Origin: Azolla caroliniana
Lineage: Eukaryota > Plantae > Polypodiophyta
DNA: 18,954 bases
NCBI GenBank assembly: GCA_043228905.1
Contig: JBHGNT010000624.1
Coordinates: 1 to 18,954, forward strand
Direction of reading: 5' to 3'
In this document: positions 1 to 7,707 of the stretch, one piece after another
Position numbering within the stretch: the stretch's first letter is position 1
Layout of the letters: each line of letters opens with the position of its first letter
Notes under the pieces: generated by a model
Told to the model about the DNA's origin: nothing
Databases searched by the model: none
What the model saw: only the letters and a program-made list of their open reading frames with translations
Program-made: the position numbers and the translations under genes

Positions 1-1466
1 TATGGTGTGGATTCCCCGGGGCCGACAATTTGTGATGATTCGTCTTCTTTAGGAGACCAAATTACTGCAAACTTCAAATCTGCACCCAGATTTCGATTTG
101 GTCGAGAGAAGAGGTTTAAGGTGCATACTTCAAATGACATGGTTTCCATTAAGTAAATTTTATTTGTTTCAAATATTTTAGCAAGTCTTCACACCTCAAG
201 ACTTTGTAGCAAACACTTAACTACAAAGCTGCTATGAAATCAGCAATTAACACACTCATGCCAAACTTCATGATGGTGTAGCAACACACATAGGATTATG
301 TTCAAATAGTTGTCACACATGAAAACAATGAAATGTGAGACATGCCAAATTGTAGATGCCCAATACTTGGGAAATATGTTTTCATAGGATACAAATACAT
401 CATATAACAACCGCTCTACAAGCATCAAAGCATATTGTTATGCATCAGATGGCTCATGTATGGTCCAAATATATGGTTTTCTAAGGCACTTCCCATTGAA
501 TATTACCATTGCCTTAAGCCAATAAAACAAAATTTAGTAAAGCAACACTTTACCTTCTGGTTCTCACATAGACATCATTCACTACATATAAGGATTACAT
601 CGAATTCCTAATAGAATGATGCAAATGAAGAAGCCTTTGTGCACAATCCAAACACCGAAGGAGTTTATATAGACCTAGATGAGGACTTCACGTAGCGCAA
701 CCTTTTAAGTACAATTCGCGAAACATCACATAGACGTGGACAAATGCCAATATGACAAACGTTGACCTATGCCACACGTAAAGAAGAAAGTTTTTCGGTG
801 TGTAAATGTTTTATCAGCACCCTTTTATGAACAATGCATCTTCTCCTGGAGTGGGGAAATATGAAGCTGCAAGCTCCTTTGGCAAACAAAATGAGTCAAA
901 GACAAAGAATATTCCTTCGTTTAGTTTTTCGCATAGCAATCGTGATCAAAGAGCTAAGGTATGTACAAGTTTTCTTAATGCAAATGAAAATCCCCTCCAA
1001 AAGCTAATTGAAAGAATAAAGATCCTGGAAGTTATGAACCTTTCAAGCCTTATGGGAGTTTTCCATCGTAATGCATTGAAATTTGTATAGGTTTTCATAT
1101 CACCACAACATGATAAGGACCATTATGGAGCAGAATCACCAGGACCTGCAGCAATTGGTCCAAAGGCATTCCCAAAGATGGTAAACAAATATTAGTTTCT
1201 AATTGTTCTTTTAAGCATTGCATGTCTCTCTGTAATGGAGATGCTCCCATTTAAGTTTCTTTTTGTAATTTCAAGTGTTTTCAGGTATTCTGTATGGTTT
1301 GAGTTTTTATTAATCATAATGAATAATAAAAGTTCTATTTCTTATTCAGGGTCAACTACAAATTGATTCAAGAAAACCTTCATGTACTGCCTCTCAATTT
1401 GGAACATCTACACGCTTCAAACAATATTACAGTGACAATCCTGGTCCAGGGAACTACAATTGTTAA
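1..1466 (+). CDS. SHIPPO-1/PGP-repeat (ODF3/STPG-like) sperm-tail/axonemal microtubule protein, 5'-partial, last 4 exons
   Basis: Exons 1-120, 818-958, 1091-1180 and 1350-1466 are joined by phase-0 GT-AG introns. They translate as YGVDSPGPTICDDSSSLGDQITANFKSAPRFRFGREKRFK/HPFMNNASSPGVGKYEAASSFGKQNESKTKNIPSFSFSHSNRDQRAK/VFISPQHDKDHYGAESPGPAAIGPKAFPKM/GQLQIDSRKPSCTASQFGTSTRFKQYYSDNPGPGNYNC*. The repeated (S/N)PGPGxY...S.GxQ..S....P.F.FG...R pattern is characteristic of SHIPPO repeats. Confidence 0.82.
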
Positions 1467-2237
1467 GTTTTTTGCTCTAAAATGAATGTATGCGTAAGCT
1501 TTTGTTATAAATTGGAAAATATATTAAGTGTTTTAATCAAATCTGCAATCAATATATATCTACCTTCCATAAATGAAACAGAATTACAAAATGAATGAAT
1601 GTTGAATTTACATCGCCAAAATGTTATCAAATTAATTATGTCATTCCATACAAAACTAAAGATATGGAATGAGAAGTTATACCACTTACCCCCATAAGGT
1701 AAACTGGATATACAATGAAATCTATTAACTTTGTCAAATCATTATCCATATATGTTAGTGCATGCAAAAGTATATGCTCAGATCACATTTAGCATAATAT
1801 GCTCGATGAACACGAAATATTCTTGTTGTGGCATAAATAGCTATCTGCATCCCAATACCCAGCATTTGTCTCTAACAAGCAAAAGTTCCAGTCCAGACAA
1901 CTGATTTATTGACGAGGTGCAACATTATATGTTAAAAACGTATTTAATGGATACATACGTTCTTTCAAGTTGCATGACAGGTCAACATGCTTCAAAATTC
2001 ACTCTAAAAATATACTGCTGTAACGATAACTTAATTGTGTATTCTTGGGTGCAATAGGTATATGCCACTAGAACTTCCAAAGATAGATAAAATCTATTTT
2101 TTATATACATCTACGCATCCATCGATATGGATGTACATATATTACATATATACCATCTTTACAAAAAAAATTGTTATTGCATAATCTATAAGAGAACCTT
2201 ACGTAAAAATTAATATACACTACGAAGTTCCCAAGCC

Positions 2238-5200
2238 CTAATTTGATCCCTGAGGTACACGGTAGAAATCATATGATTTATCATGTCCTTGCACAGCCTC
2301 TTTCAAATGGCGGATAATTGTTCGTTCGCCAGGCAATGCCGATGTTCCAGTAACACCCTCTCTCTTTACAACAAGAAATGTGGTTCCATCTTCATCATTC
2401 TCTATTGTGACTACCAAAGAGCCTTTAGCTTGCAAGACACCCATTTCAGCTGCAATTAAGGTTAGATGCACCCCATTAGGCAATGGGTCAGCTTTAAATG
2501 GAAGAGGAAGTGGTAACTCGCTAGATGAGGCAAATGTTATGGCCCATTCCTGTGCACTCTGTATTACCTGACCAAAGGTTGGAAAGACAATATATTGGAA
2601 TTTATAAAACAGATAGTAGATGGCATTCAATGGAAATATATAAAGCTTATGCATCTCAACTTGTTTGTTTTCTTGTCATAAATGATATGAACATACTTTT
2701 AATTTTGACTAATCCATGATGTGAAAGCTTATGCATGCTTCTTTTTGTAGTACTACATGATACAAAAGCTTATGCACACTTGAAATACATGTATGAATCT
2801 TATGCACACTTCTCTTTTGTCGTATGTGGTGCGTGATTCTTTTTTTGTAGTACATAGTAATCTATCACACAAAATAAGTCTGAGAAAAACCTTTGAAGCT
2901 TCATTCGATTCTATCTCTAGTTTCAAAAGTTCGGATGTGGATGATCTGCCGAATAAACCGTACCAAGAAGTTGAATCCTTATTATTAGACTTCTTAGTAG
3001 TGGTAGATCCAGGTTGATTGAAACCCCATGACCATAACCACGAAAAGACACCAGCCCGCATTTTGAAATCAGCATCCATTCTGGCTTTCCTTTGGGCTGG
3101 GGTTTCTTCCCTCTCATTAGCTGAATTTCATCCCAGAAAAGCATACATCGTTAGTAAGAGAGAATGGCATCCCTAAATGTCTGGAACTGAAGACTTTGAT
3201 TTCGAAAGTAATATCATGCCAAAGAGAAGATCTTCCTAGGAGTTAATGCTATTCTTTTGAATATGGAAGATATAGCAGCAAACCAACACAAAGAGATACT
3301 AAATGCTCTTGTAACCACTTGTACTCTCCAGCCTTTTTAAAGGCACTGCTGTCCTTGCATCTCATTTGATGAAAATAACACCCTTGACCTCACTTTTGAA
3401 TGTTGGCTAATTCTGTTTTAAGTTTCTTAAATTTGTCTCCCTTAATATAATGTATACTAGCTTCAGCTCAGTTTTGAATGTTATTGGACTTAGATAAGTT
3501 TCTTGATAGTTTCATTTAATATGTTATGATCCCCCACAGAGGTTCAGGCCTAGTGGTTTGAGCCTGAGTCCTAGAAATCCTACATGAGTAGTTCAACTCC
3601 CACCCCAAGACTCTATTGGCACAATCGACAATTAAACTGCCATTAAGAGGAAAAAAAGAAAGAGCATTTGAAATAGAACACAACCACAGTATTATAGCAC
3701 GGTAGATTTTATTACAAGTGTACCACAATTTGTTTTTTTGTTCCATATGTTGCTAAAATTTGAGATGTGCATCTTTCTTTTTGTTTTTACCTTTACTGTT
3801 CAAATTTGATGTTGCCTCCATTTTGCGTTTGAAAGTCCTTGCTGCCATAAAGACATTAGAAGGTCGTTCCCAGCCCCCACCGAAAACACCATTACTCTCC
3901 TTTGGTTGTGGTCGCATAAGGTACTCCAATACAGGTAAATCTTCTCTTTCTACATAATGAATGCAGTTCACTGGACATGCTTGTAAAGCGACCTACAGCA
4001 TTTCATCAACACAGCCACAAATTTATTTGATTTCACACAAAAGAGATTATACAGCCAAAAACAACTAAATCAAACCAGACCTTGATTTGAGCATCAGAAT
4101 CCCCCCATTGATTGGTAACTCGAGCACGACCACTGGATTCATCCATGGAGAAAGTTTTGTGTGCATGGAAAACACACTCTCGGCATCCTGTTCATCAATA
4201 TGTTAGGGTATTAATAGAGACGCGAGACCCACTCGTGATGACGAAGCCCTGACTAAAGTGATAAAGAGGCCTAGATATGCAAGTTTTTTAATGGTATCAA
4301 ATTGTGAAACAGCCCTGTGCAAGCAAGATGTTGGATGATGAAACCCTAATGAAAACAAAAGTGGCCAGTTGTACACAAGCAAGTTGTTGGATAATGATAC
4401 CCTAATCAAATCAAAGAGAGTTTGAAGTGTGCAAGATGTTGATGATAAAATCCAAATCAAATAAAAAGGAGTTGAATATATGCATGATTTTGACAATGAA
4501 AGCTTTATAGAACTGAAAAAAGTGCTCAGATGATTTGAATGATGAATACCTAATCAAATCAAAATTGAAGAAATGAATGCAAGATTTTGGTTTCAATAAG
4601 ACAATGCATCACCACATCAGGCATGCCAAGGTTTCTAACAAAAACAACACGCAATTAAGGTTAAAAGTATTTTTACCTATGCAAGCATTCTCGTCGACAA
4701 ATATACCCTGAGGTCGATCAGGGCCATTCCATGCACTATACGAAAAGCCAGTATAAGAATACTCTGAAGTGCCTCGGGTATTGGGATTAGAGGATGAGTA
4801 AGCACGGCGCAACTCATTGCTAGTCAGAGTCTTGTAAGCTTCATTAAGCAAGAGAGTCATTGCATGGCCCTATCAAATCAAACACCAAGGACCGTAGTGT
4901 TATGAATGTATGCACAATTAAGCAATTGGGATTTAATTAAGGTTATCCACTACAGTATGCACACCAGCTCATGGACAGGCTTTTGGCCAGGGACAATCAA
5001 AATGGCTATCATCTGGAGTCACAGGGTTTGTGGGTATAGCATATGCATATCTAAGTAATTAAGAGTTACAAACATGACATTCACATATACACACATGACA
5101 CACCCAGCATTACGACTATAACATACATCCACACATGTGTGAAGTACATGGTGATGGTTTACGAGTACAGTGTGCCATCACATGACACATATGATGTTAT

Positions 5201-5756
5201 CGTCAGTTACATATGATATATTGCACACATTATACAACATGACACCAGTGATGGTGACATCTTGGCATGTCAGTGATGAGTGAACAGTACATCATAAATC
5301 CACAGGATGATGTCACATGTCACATACTTATGACATCAAGTGAAAACACATTAAATTCATGGGAAGATGAAAAACCTCAGGTCCAGCAACATCTGGATGG
5401 TGTATTTTCTGCAGATTCCGGTAAGCTTTGCGGATTTCTTCGTACGAAGCATCGACATTAACGCCCAGGATTTCATAATAATCTCTGTGGTTCAGATCAT
5501 CCGCATTAGAGATCCGAGTCGAAGCTTGAGCGATAATCCTGCAGCAGGAGGAGGAGATTAGGGGGGGGGGGGGGAAGTGCACCAAAAATGATACTCAAAT
5601 TGATGATAAAAATGATGCTAAACCGAGGAAGCAGAGCAAGATGAAGCAAAACCTGAAGGTTGAAGGGGAAGATGGTCGACTTGTCGATGTTGGGTTCCTT
5701 CGATTGGGTTGAAACGAGTATGATGGGAACAGAGGAAACATCAGAGAAGAAGCCAT
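2238..5756 (-). CDS. DJC82: Chloroplast DnaJ (J-domain) + 4Fe-4S ferredoxin-domain co-chaperone, DJC82/DJC76 (CDJ3-5) family, 442 aa, with C-terminal extension
   Basis: Seven exons (5756-5653, 5538-5376, 4869-4677, 4187-4081, 3992-3791, 3120-2891, 2567-2238) total 1329 nt, all with GT-AG junctions and consistent phases. The product has a Ser/Pro/Arg-rich transit peptide ([15 protein letters not shown]...), a J-domain (DYYEILGV...HHPD...LLNEAYKTL), a ferredoxin motif ([17 protein letters not shown]...CPVNCIH), then [10 protein letters not shown] and ETPAQ motifs that I recall from Arabidopsis DJC82. The family call is strong; orthology is from memory. Confidence 0.88.
3539..3662 (+). mobile_element. 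Possible degenerate tRNA-derived SINE / tRNA pseudogene in intron 5 of the DnaJ gene
   Basis: A-box-like AGGCCTAGTGG (3546-3556) and B-box GTTCAACTCC (3591-3600) lie about 34 nt apart in a GC-richer patch, followed by an A-rich run (3651-3661). No TSD seen. Confidence 0.35.
4323..4590. repeat. Degenerate ~50-56 bp tandem repeat (about 5 units) in intron 3 of the DnaJ gene
   Basis: Recurrent GCAAGATGTT(G)GATGATGA..CCCTAATCAAATCAAA units start near 4323, 4379, 4431, 4482 and 4524. Confidence 0.55.
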
Positions 5757-5970
5757 TAGGAAGGAAATATCACAAAAAATATCAAGAAAGATAATTGCTG
5801 TTGGTGATGGATGGATGGAGGAGGCCCTTTTCTTTTTTACAATCTGAGGATCTCTCCCCCCCCCATAAGAAAGTGATCAAATGAACCTTTGAGAAATCTA
5901 TATACCTTTTGATATGTCACACAATATGTGCCCCGCCCCATCGGTCTCTACGAATGCCGGCCTCGTAACC

Positions 5971-6100
5971 AAACTATAATAAGACTCGGGAACACAGAAG
6001 AGCATTCGAAGAGAAACTATCACAAGCCTCGCAACATTGAAGAGCGTTCGAATGAAACTATAACAAGCCTCGGAACATTGAAGAGCATTCGAATGAAACA
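5971..6100. repeat. ~41 bp tandem repeat, 3 copies
   Basis: Unit AAACTATAACAAGCCTCGGAACATTGAAGAGCATTCGAATG starts at 5971, 6014 and 6055. Confidence 0.85.
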
Positions 6101-6353
6101 AGAATGTGAGTCCTGCCCTCGACCAGATTCACGCCTTTAGACCCAGCCCCCACAATCCAGACTCTGGCCTTGCATCGCTGAGATATAACGTTCATGTGGC
6201 ACGAAATCATTGGTCCTGCAAAACTCGGGGTGGGTGGAGTTGTTCTTTGGGCCCCAGTGACCGTGGAGATGAATATCAATGGTGGCATTGGCAATAAGCT
6301 TACACTTTTTGAGTAAGCCCCTTGTTTCAGATTAAATGGCTTGAAGGAGATAA

Positions 6354-6652
6354 TGTTGTAGACAAAGGTCGTCAATGCGGAAGATCAAATAGCATTCGAT
6401 TAGGGTTGAGTACCTGCGTATGACAGTTTCAAGGTCGTGCACAGATATGGAGAGAGAGAGAGAGAGAGACACAAAAGACTTTCTATTCAATAGAAACAAC
6501 AATACAACCAACCTTACAAAAAGGTTACTAGGTCACCTTATATAGTGACCGACTTAGGGCAACTACCCTTTATGCTAATTACACAAATGGCCCAAACTTG
6601 AGCTATACAAAGGGATAGTGTGAATACGTCCATTATACACTTGTATTCGACA
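6354..6652 (-). repeat. 3' LTR of outer copia element (~299 bp)
   Basis: Starts TG at 6652 on - directly after the PPT and contains TATATAAG (6544-6537) and a (TC)10 tract (6450-6469). The putative end CAACA at 6354 lies next to the TSD-like GATAA. Confidence 0.8.
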
Positions 6653-6659
6653 CTCCCCC
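6653..6659 (-). other. Polypurine tract of outer element
   Basis: GGGGGAG on - immediately precedes the LTR TGTCGA. Confidence 0.8.
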
Positions 6660-6845
6660 GTAATGGGCGTATACATGGGTTGTCTAAGATTACAGGTATA
6701 AGCCTAGGTTCTCGGGCATATCAGTTTTGTTCGAGTCGGCAGAGTCCGAAAGCAGAAGACCGGACTGGTCGGGTCGGAAGAGTTGAAGCCGATCATTAAG
6801 GAACTGATGTCGGTTGTCCGAAACCATCCTGCGCTGTGTCCGGCT

Positions 6846-7040
6846 CTAACCGGACTGGTTTGTCGTTACGCCCATCTGATGCCGAAGGGACCGAAAGCGG
6901 TCTGCCGAAAGACATTTGGTCATTCCATCTGCGACATTGTCGGTTGTGGATATTTTCTCTAGACCGATTTTCCCTGAAATGACGCAGTCCCGAACGAAGT
7001 GATATCGAACGTCGATATGTTTGGAGGCGTTGTGGTGAAC
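6846..7040 (-). pseudogene. C-terminal RNase H fragment of outer copia pol (not in ORF track)
   Basis: Reads VHHNASKHIDVRYHFVRDCVISGKIGLEKISTTDNVADGMTKCLSADRFRSLRHQMGVTTNQSG* and continues ...LSKNP from 12437 in frame once the inner element and one TSD copy are removed. Confidence 0.93.
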
Positions 7041-7077
7041 TGTTGGGATTTCGGTCCCTCCGGATGGGATGTCCGGA

Positions 7078-7198
7078 GATGATGAAGACCCCGGCTACGG
7101 AGCCGGATGATGAATACCCCGGCTACGGAGCCGGATGCTGAAGACCCCGGTTACGGAGCCGGATGCTGAAGACCCCGGTTACGGAGCCGGATGACGAA
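7078..7198 (+). repeat. 28-bp tandem repeat x4.3 in U3 of inner LTR (also 11829-11949)
   Basis: GATG(A/C)TGAA(G/T)ACCCCGG(C/T)TACGGAGCCG at 7078, 7106, 7134 and 7162. Confidence 0.95.
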
Positions 7199-7298
7199 TG
7201 TAACCGGAGAGAGATCCGGATGCGGGGACATATTTGTGAATATGTTTTGCCAAGAGCCCTTGAGGCTATACTTGTAAATAGCCCGAAAGTCATATGTG

Positions 7299-7306
7299 TA
7301 TAAATA
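7299..7306 (+). promoter_or_regulatory. Putative TATA box of inner LTR promoter
   Basis: TATAAATA lies downstream of the U3 repeats and upstream of the GA-rich region. Confidence 0.6.
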
Positions 7307-7679
7307 TGACTTTAGGGCAAACAGTTTAAAATGTTGTTGCTCATTTTTATGCGAAGTGAGAGCAGCCAAGTGAGAGCAGCCGAGAGAGACTGAGAGAGAG
7401 AGAGAGAGAGACGAAGAGGTCGTTGCCTCTGTGTATTACCGCCGCCTGTGGCGAAGACAGTGAGCTCAAGGTTGTTGCCTTGTAGCTTCACCAGTGTACA
7501 TCCCTGTTCATAGTGATAGTTGGAGTTTGAGGACTCCCGTGGTTTTTTCCCATTTAGGGTTTTCCACGTAAAATATCCAGTGTACCTTTCTCTCCATTGT
7601 CCTCGTGCACTTTGTATTTCCCGTTTACTGTGAGTTGATCCTATTCCTCGGTTGTGGCCGAGCACTGTTTGTAACAAAT

Positions 7680-7691
7680 TGGTATCAGAGC
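7680..7691 (+). other. Primer binding site (tRNA-iMet)
   Basis: TGGTATCAGAGC 3 nt after the 5' LTR, complementary to the 3' end of plant initiator Met tRNA. Confidence 0.96.
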
Positions 7692-7707
7692 GACGGTAAC
7701 ACAGAAA

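Larger units (their letters stand above)
7041..7676 (+). repeat. 5' LTR of inner element (636 bp)
   Basis: TG...CA termini. Matches the 3' LTR except (GA)10 versus (GA)12. TATAAATA at 7299-7306. Confidence 0.97.

Noticed and set aside
2116-2133. Palindrome CATCCAT-CGAT-ATGGATG between the convergent genes
   Set aside because: A 7-bp stem is too short to distinguish from chance.
2644-2815. AAGCTTATGCA repeated 3-4 times in the last intron of the DnaJ gene
   Set aside because: Short local duplications without termini or regular period; no supportable function.
3753-3790. DnaJ gene ending at the stop at 3753 ([14 protein letters not shown])
   Set aside because: A good AAG|GTAAAA donor at 3790 links in phase to the conserved ETPAQ exon, so this tail is intronic read-through.
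7078-7198. 28-bp repeats as a CRISPR-like array
   Set aside because: Head-to-tail tandem units with no spacers, inside a eukaryotic LTR.
7538-7568. U5 motif CGTGGTTTTTTCCC...GGGTTTTCCACG
   Set aside because: Real, but I recall it as a common conserved motif of plant copia LTRs, so not novel.
7151-7677. Antisense ORFs in the inner LTRs (72 aa and 121 aa here; 218 aa at 11902-12558)
   Set aside because: They join or split depending on (GA)n length, include sequence from a different element, and show no recognisable domain, so they are chance frames.
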